Positions 34,150 to 48,204 of a DNA stretch of 64,000 bases are shown one piece after another. The position numbers were made by a program, and so were the translations under genes. The first letter of the stretch is position 1. Each line of letters starts with the position of its first letter. This DNA comes from the human T2T-CHM13v2.0 reference genome, Homo sapiens, in assembly GCF_009914755.1 (NCBI RefSeq), contig NC_060935.1; one strand, written 5' to 3'. Below the pieces are notes generated by a model. It had not been told where the DNA came from. It did not search any database and saw only the letters and a program-made list of their open reading frames with translations.

Positions 34150-37100
34150 GGGTGTTTGCAAGGAAGAGTTAAAATTTGAAAGAAAGGTGGTATTTGCTTA
34201 GATAGATAGGGCACAGCTTTCTAGGTGACAAAAAAAAAAAAAAAAACAATCTGTGAAGAACAAATCATCATGTTGGTCCAGGATGAGAACTAGCATGGCC
34301 TGGCAGGAGAGCTGCAGCAGTGGCAGTGGTGGCGTGGTATACCAGTTGTTTAGACTAAGTTCTACAGAGGGCTTCTCCTGGGCCCCTCAGTGTCCCCACT
34401 GCACTCCACGTGTTGTCTTTCACAGCAACCCTAGAAGTAGGTAACGTTATTCTGATTGTGCAGATGAAGATATGGTGGTACAGGGGAGTTAGGTGACCTA
34501 CCCCATCATGAAACTAGAGGGTAGAGAATTGGTTTCTTCTGATCCCAAACTTTTGCCTCTTAGGACGATGATCTGTTGCCTTCTTCATAGCACTTGTGCA
34601 AAATAAACTTGGGTGAATAGATCAGGGCTACTTTGTGGAGGGCTTTGATAATAAGGGAGTAGAGTTTGTGTTTGATGTGACAGAAAAATAAGGAGCCATT
34701 TCTAGTGTCTGAAGAAGTGGACCATGATGAAGGGGTATTTCAGGAAGATGAGTGTGTTATTTCCACCTGAGGATGCATTTTCTTTACAGAAAGAAAAAGC
34801 AGACTTATAATGAGAAGCTGTTGACCGTGAAGTTTCTTTTCATAGGGTTATATCAAGTGGTTTGCCTCTTCCCCACTGATGTCTCTTAACCAAGAATATC
34901 CTTCAGCACTTTAAAGACTATGCTTGCTTTTTTTTTTTTTACCCAATATGCTTTGTAAGTTCCTCACACTAGTGATAAAGCACTGATCACTTCATAGCCA
35001 CAGCACAAATGCTTTTAAACGAAACTTTTCGTTGATTTATTAACTCTAGAAAGTCAGATTGCAGTTTAGTGTTTTGGGGGGCTTGTTTGAGGCATCTCCT
35101 TTAGGAACCTGATTTTGGGTGGTTCAAAGTTTATTTTGTTATGTGTAAACTGACCAACTTTCTCTCTGGTTTTGCCATATATGCCTCTAGTAGAGAAAAA
35201 GGTGGGTGAGGAGAAAAGTGAGCATAATGACAATGAAAGCTTAAATTTATTAAGCATATTACTATGTACAAGTCACTTTTTACATGCCTTACCCAACTTA
35301 ATCAAAAAGTGTACATGTAATAACTGGTGAGCAATGAAGTCATTGTGATTTCTCTGGGATTGCACATTTGGTCCAGGGAACATAGGAAAGTAGGATTAAG
35401 CCTCACTGTTCCTGCAGGATGACTTGAGGAAAAATCTCCTTTCTCTGGAATTAGAAATTTGGATCAGTAGAGACCATACGCCTTCCCCAAAACTTGAGCC
35501 ACCCAACGTCCTTTCCTACACAAGATCACCTGACATAAATATACAAAACTACACATAAATTAATGTGGCACCCATGTCCCCACAGAAAACTGATGAGTTC
35601 TCGATTTTGACTGCCTTAATATTTGTGTAACTGCATTTCAGTCCAGGACTGTCATGCCTCCAACAGGCCTTTCCATTTGGATGTCCATGACAAGTTGGCC
35701 CCTGCAAATCTCGCTGTGGCCACAAAAGAGCATATTTGAATTATGGAATTGAAACAGATGCATGAACTTTAGCTGGAGAGCACAAGAGATCCAGAGAACC
35801 TCTGTCTTTTTGTTTGTTTCCCCGCTTTGGTGATGTAATACACAGCTTCACAGGAGACCTGAGGTCCTATCAGTCCCTGCTCCGACCCTGGAGCTCAATC
35901 CAGAAACAGCTGTCCAGAGCTAATTTATTTCCTAATGCTGCGGCACTGTTAATTTATAAATTACACTGGTAATTCGAGCTATTATTAATTTCAGATGGTG
36001 TAGGGCAAGCCTAATTAAAATATGACACCAATTGCCACACATATGTACCAAGGACTACCATTTAAAATTAATGGGAATATTAAGTGTGACACTGGTCTCC
36101 GAGATGCTTGGCACAGTAATTATAGCATTCTGGCAGGGGAAGATCTGACAAATGTAAGCCCGTGGTTGGTAGCAAATAAACAAGGACAACACAAGAGGAA
36201 TTACAGATTCTTCATTTAAAGCTCTTCTCAATTCTTCCACCCATCCTCAAATCAAGGTTAGTACCTTTCCCCTAAAGATGCTTATCAAACAATATTCATA
36301 AAGGCTACTGAGACCATTAGAAGTGTCTTACTGGTAGGAACTATGAGTCTATTTGGGTTAATGTTGTTTGTCCTCTTCACATCCTGGTCTTTTTGGCTGT
36401 GTTTTCTACTTATGAAGAGGTTCCTTCTTTGTCTTGTGAATTTAGTATCTCTTTCTTGTTTGTTGTAATGGACATAGGCTGTTCTTTTCCTCTTCTGTAT
36501 GTAACAGAGGCAAGAAACCGTCTGTACATACATAGTGTAGTTTGCATATGGCATGAAGATGTATGAGATGAGGCCCCGGTTGGGCCTACTGCTGGGCAGT
36601 GGCACAGACTTATCATGGCCAAAGAGTGCTGATCGAATGGAACAAGGCAGTGGCCCTTGTTCACAAGACCATGGTCTTGTTGTTGTTGCTGTTGTTATTG
36701 TTATTGTGGTTATCTTGACAAAACAGTGACTTCAACACTGTTATGGAACACATACAATCATCCCTTACATACCGCACACATCATCCCTTGTTGTATCGGT
36801 TTTTTACAGCTACTGTTTTCGTGCTCTGGGCCAGCAGAAACACGTGGCATTATGGAAGGGTTTTCTCACCTGGAGAGAAATGTCCCTTTGTTCCCTTTCT
36901 TGGGCCACTCATGTTAATACAGTGCTGCACCCCCTGAAGCTGTGCCTCCAACCAGATTATAGGAGTAATAACTAAATCAACAGGTGGGCAGCACACGAGA
37001 GTTTTGGAGTGCTTTCGTGCATGTGTGTGTGTGAGTGTGTACATATATATGTAGGCATGTTTGTGTGTTAGTCTAAATAGCCCCGTGACCCTGTGAGGTA

Positions 37101-38203
37101 TTAGGATTGTATGTATATTATGTTTGGGAAAATGCTTCTCAATTGCTAGGGACAGCCTTATGCCTGTTGTCTGCTAATAATCATTAATTACTAGCACCTC
37201 ATTTCCTTTTAAAGGTATCCAGGTTTAGGATGCTGTCTTTCTAATTACCCTCATTTAAGAGAGAAGGGAGGATAGCTTGGGATGTAAGCCCTAACTTTTG
37301 TTTTTCATTGTCTTTTGGCAAGGAAGCGAAGGCTCAGGTGCCTCTGGGAGAGAACTTTGAAATCTCCTCTAGCCTTAAATATCTTGGTCTTTCAATAACT
37401 GAGTGCTCATGGCCAGACGTCAGGCACAGAGTCTGGTATGTGAAGCGTTGTTATTATTACTCATAATTTTTCACTGAAGACAATGAGTCCCGCAATGATT
37501 AGGGGACTGAGTGGATTCGCAGCCACGTCGCCTGATGAATCTCTGACATGCTTACAACTAGGCATCGAGTGCGGAGTCCCATTGCTGGTCTGTCTTTAGG
37601 ATCTTGTACCTAGGAGCTCTAGCAGATCGAAGTTTAGCACGTTGATTTCTGCCTATCCAATTAATTGTCTGAGTCAAAAAACAGAAAATTAAATTTTTTA
37701 TGTTAGTGTTTCTGCTACCTTTGTGATGCACGTGTGTGTGTGTATGTGTATGTAGCTGCTGGTGTGGCATTTTCAATTAATTTATGCTCAAGTGTGCAGT
37801 CATAAATTTTATATTCAAGGCTCAGTCTAAGTGATACCTTGAGATCAGAAAGAGTTAAGGTGCCTGACTCAGATCCCAGAGCACGACGGCTTGGTAAGAT
37901 ACAGGCAGTGTAAATGTCAAAATTATTAATCACTTATTGGGACCAGTAATTCTCTAGGCACTGTGCTTTGTTCAGTTAGGAACACAAACATTTCAGCTGT
38001 TCCACTGGGGAGCCAAGGAAAAGTTGGTGGTGCGGAGGTGTAGAAGAGACGGAGGAGGGATAACCCACACAGTTCCTCAGAATCTGAACTTACAACTGGC
38101 AAATTATCTGCAGACATAACCATTTTATACTTTGTTTTCTAAGTGAACATGTTTGGTCTTTTTTTTCCTTGTATTTCACCACACGTTACCGGTTTTCCCG
38201 CAG

Positions 38204-38338
38204 CGGTTGGCTTTGTGAGTGAAGACGAATACTTGGAAATTCAGGGCATCACCCGGGAGCAGTCAGGGGACTACGAGTGCAGTGCCTCCAATGACGTGGC
38301 CGCGCCCGTGGTACGGAGAGTAAAGGTCACCGTGAACT
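38204..38338 (+). CDS. NTM: Neurotrimin coding exon (second half of Ig2), 135 nt, phase 1/1
   Basis: Acceptor ttttcccgcag| and donor AACT|gtaagt. Translates (A)[44 protein letters not shown], recognised as neurotrimin, with the Ig G-x-Y-x-C motif (SGDYEC). Confidence 0.98.
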
Positions 38339-40294
38339 GTAAGTGTTCTCACCACCACGCGCCCTGCACGTGCATCAGGCTGGCCTGTTGTCACAGCCAC
38401 CACCCAGAGCCCATTGGCACAGCCAGCTACTGACTTAGGGTGGGAAGAATGCAGCACCACTTTCCACACTCTGCTTTCAGGAGCAAACATTTCAAACTCG
38501 AGTTTTTGACACTTCAAGGTGTCACAGTGTCACGCTGAAAGAAAAAGTAGCTAAAGTAACTGAAAATAATGCCAAACTTGACTTGCATGGCTGGCAGATC
38601 ATTAAATGGCATTCAGCTCATAATTTTTTAAACACGTCTTCAAATCCAAAATTTTCCCATAATTTACTCACACAATACAGTTGTGCTGGAGCCTCTCACT
38701 GTCTAGACCAGACATCTCCATAATGGGACAAGAAACCATGTGCTAGAGTGTATGAAGGAAGTTTCAAACTTCCATTTATGGTATGTCTATTATATCTCAT
38801 TATTTTACAATTATAGATGTGCATGGTATACATACAAATAGTTACGATATAGATCTTAGAGGATGTAACAATAAATTTGCTTGTTACTAATAGAGATACA
38901 GAATCCAAAAAGTTTGGAAGGTGCTGTGTGGACCCCTCATTCTCCTTTCTCAGCCTTCCAGATTGTCTCTGACATCAATCCTACTTGAATTTGCTACCTC
39001 CTTTCACTCTTTTCCCTCTGGGTCCCTCATTATGTACCTTGCCTTAGCTCCCTACAACATTCTGGAGGTTTTCTCTGCTGTGCACATTCCAGGAAGACTT
39101 ACGAAGCAATAGAACTCAATAACTAAATCGGCAAACGAGATGACTTCCCTTCAAAACTTGGGTGGCGTGGAGTTAGGAGAAGGATACTGTATCTAGGAGA
39201 ATATCCAGTCTTTCAGATTTAGGTTTGTGTTACAATGTGAACCCAGTCAATATGAAGCGGTTTAAGAAGCAAGGCAATAGGTATAAAAATGCTGTCATTT
39301 TAAAAATCATATCACAAGTTTTTACAAAGGGACTTAAGAGGATTTACAGTTTATAAAGATGAACTTAAAACATAAAGAAACAGAAGCAAAGAAAAAATAC
39401 GCTTAGGAAAATGAGTGAAAGCTAGGAAAACCTCAGCACATGAAATATTACCACAAGACTGCTAGGTGCAGGTGCAGAATTTGGCTCAGCCTTGCTAAAG
39501 CAAAGAGGGAAACATCACCTGCTTTAAGATTTATGTTGTCCATAAGATAAAAGCAAATTAGTTGCTTGGGAGAAACACTGCTTTTCGTGGTACTGAGACC
39601 CTAGAGAAAATTCTCTTCAGGGTCTCCACAAATAGAGCACTTTGGGAGAGAGTCAGCAACATCATGTACAATATTTCTGCATTAAATAGAATAGCCAGTT
39701 TATTGTGGCTGTTTTTCATAATACCCTTTAATATAAACTGGTAGAATGTGAAGAGTAGTTTGGTAAAGACGTCAAATGAATGCAAACCAAGTGCGTAGGC
39801 CTAGCTTGGTCACTTGCTCTGGTTTGATTCAGGGATCTGTTTTAGAATACCAAGAATGACTGATCTGTATATCCTTCAGGCAATTCTCCTTGAATATTAT
39901 TTCTTGCAACTGAGCTTTTGATGGGAATTGAATAGTTCGAGGTTATATACTTTTGGCAAGAACCTGGTGTGCAGAAATTCTAGAAGGCTGATTAAAGGTG
40001 CTGACTGTCAACCCGTGGAGTGTAGGGTTGATGGGCTGGCATCATCCTATGAAAGTTAAAAAGTTTAAACAGAAAAAATGCTTGAGTACATGGTCATTTC
40101 AACTCTGTACAGAGGAGAACAAAAGCAGTACATGAAAGGAAGACCCAGCTTTTTCTTAGAGCGGCATCAAAAAGGTTTTTATTCTCTGGTACAATTTATG
40201 TAGCAGTTTTACCTTCTAAGTAAGCAGAGCCAGGGCAGAGACTGAGAAACAAAATCAACAAATGAAGCAGCCTTCTTCATTTTAAAATGCTGTA

Positions 40295-40589
<295 letters not shown>

Positions 40590-40626
40590 GGTGGGGGGGC
40601 GGCTATGAGACATCTTCTTTTTGCAG

Positions 40627-40747
40627 ATCCACCATACATTTCAGAAGCCAAGGGTACAGGTGTCCCCGTGGGACAAAAGGGGACACTGCAGTGTGAAGCC
40701 TCAGCAGTCCCCTCAGCAGAATTCCAGTGGTACAAGGATGACAAAAG
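40627..40747 (+). CDS. NTM: Neurotrimin coding exon (first half of Ig3), 121 nt, phase 1/2
   Basis: Acceptor ttctttttgcag| and donor AAAG|gtaaag. Joins the previous exon in frame: (Y)[39 protein letters not shown](R). Confidence 0.98.
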
Positions 40748-43179
40748 GTAAAGCTTCCTTCTTTCCTATCCCACCCCTACCCCCATCTCCAGGAGAAACT
40801 TTTCCAGGGTCCTGATTCCACATTGTTGCAAACGAGTTCTATAAAATCCTCTTCTGAACTTATCTCTATAGGGGGCAAATGTGCAAAGAAGTCTTTTCTT
40901 AACATTAATGGATTTCAGCTACGTTTTTAATGTCACCATGTAGAATTATCACTGGCCAACCAACAGATCTGAAAGGTAACTTTTTTTAGGAAGGCAAAAT
41001 CACAAAGGAAAGGCCACCAGGAGCATTGTAAGGCCTGTGAATTTTTTATAGGCCAAGAACATAATGTGTTCTGCCTGAAGCTATTTTTACCACATTCTCA
41101 GGCTTGCGTAAAGGAGTTAGGAAGGCTCTCGGGGCCCTGGGAGTGGCTAATAAGTTAGCTGCAGCTAGTAGGTCTCCCCTCCTGTTCCAGACACTATCAG
41201 TAGCGGTGTATAAGAGTCCATGACCCAATTTAGCCCTCCCTTTGTGCCCAAGTTGTTCTTTTACTGTAGGAGAAAAGAGAAGGGACTATTCCCTTCCTTC
41301 CCATTGTCACAGCATCCTCGGGATATTTGTTGTGAGTCACTGAAGATGATCATTTCCAGGCTTTATCAAATGACATATCAGTGCAGGGATCAGTAGCTCA
41401 GTACAGCCAGGCACCATGGCAATTGCTGTTATCAAAGAGCCATTTTTAAGGGGGATGAACAACGGGAAATGGGCAAGAGCTGCCTGTGTTCAGAACATTT
41501 TCATTGAAAAAGAGGTGGTGGTATAGGGGATGCTAGAGAGTCCTGAGGTGTATGTGGGGTGGAGTAAGAGCAAGGAGTGGGGGAGGCCAGGAGGCTGAGA
41601 AGGAAAAACAATGAAGAGGGCATTCTGAGAAGGAGAGCAGCATGAGAAACTGCAGGCCAGGAGCAAGTGAATGGCCGCCCACGCTGTGTGCACGTCTTCA
41701 GCCAGCCTTGGCTTTGTTTCCTTATGAGGTCAGTCAGAAACCTAAAGCTCTTTCTAGTCTCTAGATCGAAAATTGAATTTTGTTTAGAACCACGTCAATC
41801 AGTTTTAAGATTCACTGGGTTTTATCATAATCCTCCCAAATGAAAAGCAGTGTTTTGTTTTTTTAAAAAAAAATTTTTAAGGACACATTCTGGCAGCTTC
41901 TAGTGAGATGTATTATATTCATGTAGCCCATTTTACAGATGAAAGAACTAAGACACAAAGGGGAAAAACAAACTCATGAAGAAATAGAGCTGGCTTTCCC
42001 CTTCTTCCAAGAAAGAAGAATCAAGCAGACTGGAGCGTGTTTTTCTGATAAATATGGTTTCCTTACTTAGAAATTCTGTTTCACTTATGCGTTTCCTCTT
42101 CGACCTTCTTATTGTACTAAGAAGTAAACTGAGGCATAAAAATTAATTATTGAACCAAACCAAACAAAAAACCTATTGAGCTATGGGGTCAGTTCCCAAA
42201 TCTTCAATTGTCTAGGTCTTAATGAAAAGTCATCAGCTGCGTCCTATTATTCCAATTCTTTATTGGAGAAAAATAGAAAAAATACATATAAGGGAAAGCA
42301 AAATCTTAGAGGAAAATAAAGCAAAAGTGGCCAATGGCGAGTAAAAGGATGAGAGAGCTCTCCTCTGTGCAGCATCTCTGGTCACAATAGGGACAGCTGT
42401 CCCTGCCACCATTCACCCAGGAGGAGAGAGCAGGCTGGCAGGGCCAGGGACAGTCTTCAGAGGCCCCTGGCTCAGGCAGCTTTGTTTCTGTCTTTCTTTC
42501 AGTTCTTCTGATGGCCTCTCCTTTTCTCCCCTTTCCATTTAGTGGTTTAGTCAGTTTTCCCTTCCCTGCACATGTATTTATTTATTTCCAGTGTGCTGGC
42601 ATGAGACAGGGGCTGTCTTTCCTCCTGGCACCCAGCTCAGCTGCAGCATCCCTGCCTCTGAGGTCCTGGTCACAGCAAGTTGGGTCTGCCAGGTAGGTCT
42701 CCCAAGGCATATTGTGTCTGCCCTGGGGGGAAGGCCAGCTCTAGCCCATCTCCCATTTTCAGTGAGATGAGCAGACTACCAAGGCAGATTAAAGGAAACT
42801 GTGTGGTGAGGACAGGCAGTTTTCTCAAGAGTTAGTTAGGTGAGAAGTCTTTTGGCCACATGCCAGAATGACTCAACTGCACGCTATTGTATGTGTTATC
42901 CAACAAAGGAAGAGGAATGGAATGCTATACCTACGGAAGGCCACCCATCCAACAGGGGCATTGACCAATGAAAAGTCCACAGCTTTGGTAAGAAACTGAG
43001 GCCTGGAAGCAGTGCGGGATGGAGGGGATGTGTGCCCGCACAGAGAAGGGGAAAGCGTGTCCTCCCAGGAGCTGCAAAGCCTGCAAAGTGCTGCTGGCCC
43101 CCTGTGCTGTTTTTAGCTAAAGACATTTCAGAGCTGTCAAGCAGGAGCCTACTTTCAGTTAAGTCTCTCCCCACTGCAG

Positions 43180-43297
43180 AGCTGAAATCTCATTCACAGT
43201 TTGGTTATGATGGGAAAGCTTCCTCCCCATGGTGGACGAATGGTGTCAAAACGGCCAGTGGGATCAATCAGCCTGACTTGCTCGCAGAATCCTCCCG
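43180..43297 (+). other. Candidate cryptic/poison cassette exon (118 nt)
   Basis: Acceptor tctctccccactgcag| and consensus donor CCG|gtgagt. After exon 40627-40747 it reads RAEISFTVWL* (TGA at 43208-43210). Confidence 0.45.
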
Positions 43298-45065
43298 GTG
43301 AGTGGTATGGACAGCACCCCCTAGAGGATCAATGTATACATAGCAAGCTGGAAATGTAAAAGTGGCCTGTGGCTGCACAGCCGGATGCCTCATTCCATTT
43401 GGACAGTGCTAGCATTTTAATGAAGCCGTGGACTCAGGCCAGTTCATTGCCCCTAGCGTTTGGAGAGGAAGGCTCCCAGAGGAACATCTACATAATGAAA
43501 AGCAAGGCAAGTCTGTCCAACCTATCTTCTGACTTCCCTGGAGGCAGATGTTGGGTGAGAACTCCGGCCAGAACCTGCCTCTCTTTTCTGATCAAGGTTA
43601 CTGTAAGTTGCAGGAGTGGAGAAATTATTCTGTAATCCCACAGAGACAGGTCTTCAGATAATGACAAAGCAGCTGCACTCTATGCCAAAAACACTGTGAC
43701 CCAGGGATGGGCAAGAGTCATCTATGTCTAACTCCATAGAAATACATTATACTGATGCCATTGTGCGGTCCGCAAAGCATTTCCTCATCATTGTCAAACA
43801 GCCTTGAGTACTGTTTGTTTTTCTCAATAGCATCCATTTGCCCCAAAGCATGTCCCCTGAATCTGTTCCAGTGTGCTCCCGCCATGTTATTATCTGCTTG
43901 CTACAAGCTGTGCTCCAGCCAGGCCCTAAACAGGAAACTTAGCTTTGTGTCCATATTCCCTGAGATCCTTCATCAAGAAGGGGTTTTTTGCCCCAAGAGT
44001 ATTCATCTTTCCCATAGCATAGAATCAGCTTCAGGGCAAGGATTACAGATTGTTTGTTTCAGGGAAAAAGTAAAAGGTTGGCTTAAAGCTCATTCTAAGA
44101 AATGGACATTTCGGAATCTTGCAAAGGAAAGTAGGTGGTGTCCATGATCGCCATAGGAATTGCTGTTAACAACTTCCTGAGAAGGAGGACATGTGCCTAC
44201 TGACTCCAATAGCAGCTTTCTCCTTACCCTTTTATCTGCCTGGTAATAGAATCCATGGTTCTAATAAGCATACCTCACTTCCCCCAACTAACTAACTCCC
44301 TGTGGCATTTCTGTAGTGGCCCCCAGACCAATGCAAGTCCTTGTGGCTTACTGGGCTGCCATTGTGGAGCTCAGGGAGACTGTCCTGGCTCTAAAGGGAC
44401 ATATTCTTGGGAACCTCTAATCCTTCCAGACTAATCCTCTATAACAGTCTGGGCAGATCACTCCTCCCAAGCCCTTCAGAGTCCCCTGATGAGAAAAATG
44501 AGAAAATGATGATTTTTCTCCTCTTCATAGCCAAAAAATTAAGTATTATCTATACAATGCAATGCTTCTGGTGCTTCAGGAGAAATTAGATTACCAGGTG
44601 CTCGAAAAACATTTTTCTTTCAAATTCCTCAGGTGGCTCTTCTCTCAGAAGTTTGAGTTTTTCATTTGCATGGTTGTCATCATCACCATCACCATCATCA
44701 TCATCAGGCCCACACATTTGAACCACCTACTGTGTGAATCATATTGCTCTGAATGCCACACAGCTGGCAGGGGTTATTTGTTGTGGTGTTGCTGTCAGAC
44801 TACAAAGCAAGGATGAGAGGCTAGGGAGATCAGATGTTCTGGTAGGAGTGCCCCTGGGCACATGTGTGAAAATCAAGAAACAACGTGTCACTCACTGTGT
44901 GTGAACTACTACTACATTATGGTGTGGTTGAGTGGATCAAATAATGGTTATAATGATGCCAGAAAGGGGGGCAAGGAGAAGACCAGGAATCCCTGGGCCT
45001 ATCTTCTTCCTATCAGGACACATAACCATCTTGTTTTCTTCTTTTTTGTCTTTTGTTTCTCTCAG

Positions 45066-45217
45066 ACTGATTGAAGGAAAGAAAGGGGTGAAAGTGGAAA
45101 ACAGACCTTTCCTCTCAAAACTCATCTTCTTCAATGTCTCTGAACATGACTATGGGAACTACACTTGCGTGGCCTCCAACAAGCTGGGCCACACCAATGC
45201 CAGCATCATGCTATTTG
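45066..45217 (+). CDS. NTM: Neurotrimin coding exon (second half of Ig3), 152 nt, phase 2/1
   Basis: Long polypyrimidine tract, ctcag| acceptor, TTTG|gtgaga donor. Encodes (R)[50 protein letters not shown], with sequons NVS, NYT and NAS. Confidence 0.98.
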
Positions 45218-45234
45218 GTGAGACTGTGCTCTGA
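45218..45234 (+). CDS. NTM: Intron read-through extension giving a C-terminus ...FGETVL* (GPI-less, putatively secreted isoform)
   Basis: The frame continues past the donor as GGT GAG ACT GTG CTC TGA (stop at 45232-45234). I recall an NTM isoform ending this way; usage cannot be shown from DNA alone. Confidence 0.6.
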
Positions 45235-48168
45235 GCTGGGCAAGAAGAGGGGAGAGGGTGCAGAACGGGAGAGCTGGGTGGGAGGGCCCCTCAAGGCCAG
45301 GGTCAGAGGTTAGCAGGGTATCAGTGGACATGGAGAGGGAGGAAAAAAAAGAGAGAGACACAGAAAGAAATGGAGAGAGAGGGACAGAGAGACAGGGAGG
45401 AGGCAGACAGAAAGAGAAAGAACAAGAGATACAGTTTACATGTATACAAAGTAGTATATGTATAGTACATGTATAAAAGTAGATCTCAGAAGTGGGAAAA
45501 GGAAAATGAAAAAGAATGTTCATGTTTCATTCTATAATGGAAAAGATCCCGAGATAGGAGAAAAATACTTTGGAATGCCAAAAATGACATTTGATTTTTT
45601 TTTTCTCAGTGATGATGGCTCCTAAGCTGACTGTGGGAATCATAATTGGGTAAAATAGTCAAGAACTCAGAGGGGAATGTTTGCTATTTCAGTCTTTGCT
45701 TACTGGCTTAGTGTAAAATTTTCCTTTTTCCAAAACTGTCTCCAGTCGCTGGGACATGAAGAGCCCCACCTTCGTCACATATCTGGCTACTGTATTGATA
45801 TCAGAAGAAAGTGAGCGAGCTCCCTTGTAAACCCTGATGCCTGCCCCTGCTAGCAGACAGCTGTGCAGACATGAGCCTGCCTTCCTGGTGGTGCCACCAG
45901 GCAGGGCCCTGGGCCTCTCATGATGGCTCCATCCCTTGATGAACGCAGATTCTCCCTAAAGGCCACAGGATTAAATTCCGGTTGTGTTTTGGGCAAATTC
46001 CTTCATACCCCATCAAGTTCTTTGAGCTTGAGATTTTTCAAACCTGTCTCCCCAATCCCTCATGTTAACAAGCACTCTTGAATGTGATGGGGAAGTAAGG
46101 GGAGGCATTTGACAGATAATTTGCAAGAACACAAATTCCTTATATTCTGAGAACTTTGGGATAATCCCATGGCCCAGCCATGTGCCCTCGGTGCTAGCGT
46201 ATGTGGCTTGCTCTGAATCACGAGCCTGCACTGCTTCACCACACGATCTCTGCTCACCCATTACATCCTCCTGCATTCTACCCGGCACAAATAGTAAATC
46301 CCAGCTTTATCTGAGAGAGCTGGGAAGGAGAAAGCCGCCCTTGATCCCCGAGCCAGTGGCTTGGAATGGGCAGAGCTGTGATTTGAGTGATTGATGTGTC
46401 TGGCATCTCTCACACAGGGATGATCATAAGAGCCCCTTGCATTTTTCATGCCTTTTTGCCTTTTTGGCAGGCGTCTGTCTGCATGAACAGAGACCAGGAT
46501 TAGGAAGGAACAGACCCCTCCTTCCCTTGCTTTGCAAATCTAAATCTAAGGCTCCCCCTCAGTTTCCCATTAACCCAAGTCCTGCTCTCCACCCACAGCA
46601 CTCCTCATCCTCACAGGGGTAGTCTTCCCCCCGCCACCCCCCACTTTGACCTACTCTCTCCTGACTTGGTTGCATGAAATGGTTCAGCCATTGGCTTTAT
46701 CATGATTGTATACTTCCCCGGCTTCTTCTCCTTAAGCCATCTCAGGATGAGAATAGGGAGAAGCAGCAAACAAACAGTTCTCGTAAGAGTTGAATAGATG
46801 ACATTTATGACAAGGAAAGCAGTGAAGTGCAGGTCATAAATATGCTCTTTTCAGCAGGCACACATGTAGCAATTACAATGTCTACTTCCCATGCCCCCCA
46901 CCCTATGGGTCTATCAATCAGCATCTGCCCTGTGCCTCCTTTGGGACGTTTCTACCATTGCCAGCTCTCTGGCGTCCAGGGTTTTCTAAAAAGGACATGG
47001 AAAAGTAGTAGTATGTATTCAAATATGTTTAGAAAGAGTGGGTCACACCAAGATGAGTGGGGTACATGTGGGGATGTTCTTTAATGCCAGAAGTCCCGGA
47101 GCCTTAACATGCTAAATCTCTAGGGGAGAAAAAGTTTGCAGGATGTTTCAATCAGAAACCAATTTAATTTGTTAGCTTCAGTTGAGAGATCATTCCTGAG
47201 GAGTCCATCACTAGCAATGCTGCCTGGGTAACATAATTCTGTGGAGCTCGCAAACCCCATTCCTGTGTGAGATGAGTATTTGCAGCCAATAGTTCGGATG
47301 TTATTGTGGCTCCTAGGTTCATTATTGAGGCTCACCATCAATGAGGTCTTTTGACAAATATGAATTTGTTTGTTTGTTAGGGAATTTTCCATGTCAGTTT
47401 CCATTAAAAGCCAACAAGCACACTTGGGGCAGGTTGGAAAGCAGCATGTACTTTTTGCGAATATACAAACTTCTTGATGAAGTTAGAAAGGCAGCAAAAT
47501 TATCATCATTTTGCCACCAACTTGTGCATAAACTGCACGCTCTCTCCAAGTGGCCTAGACGTTGAGAAGTGAGGAATTCTGGTGCAAGAGACCATAGTCG
47601 GCGGTCTGGGAATACTTAAGCCAAACGGGAGCAGGTTAGTCCTTCCCATCACAAGCACCTGATCGCTAAGGTGACAGGGCTTGCAGGGGCCTCTGAGAGT
47701 TCTGCTCCCGCACTCCTGAATCACAGTGCTCTGGGGAGCTCGTTCGTTCCTACCGTGGTGCCAGGGGCAAAAATTTCTGAATTTGGTGTCCTAAGATGAA
47801 ACGATGGGGGTGGGGAAGTGGGAAACAAGTCTCATCTGGAAGGAAACTTTAGTCCTTTGTTATCCAGTTAGTAGCATGGCTCAGCATGAGCTAAGAGTGA
47901 ATCCAACTGCACCAGAATATGTATGGCGTAACCAGCTCCCTGCCTTCCCAGTCACGGCATTCAATATGGAAACATAAAGCATGTCAGCGTTTCTCTTGCC
48001 GCACCTTGTCCTACGCCTTTGGTTTCTGTCTTCCTTTTTTTTATATAATCCCCCAGAAATGTCTGTGAAAGGCAGTATACAAACTATATATGACAAATAT
48101 ATAGCACTGTATATAATATATGTGTTTGTTCTCATTTTTCTCTCCTGTGTGTCCCTCAACCGATTTAG

Positions 48169-48204
48169 AACTAAATGAGCCTACGAGCTCAACTTTGTTG
48201 CAAG
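48169..48204 (+). CDS. NTM: Alternative 36-nt stalk microexon (E)LNEPTSSTLLQ, phase 1/1
   Basis: CU-rich tract with no AG between 48105 and 48166, ttag| acceptor and CAAG|gtcagt donor. Frame-preserving, no stop. Confidence 0.85.
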
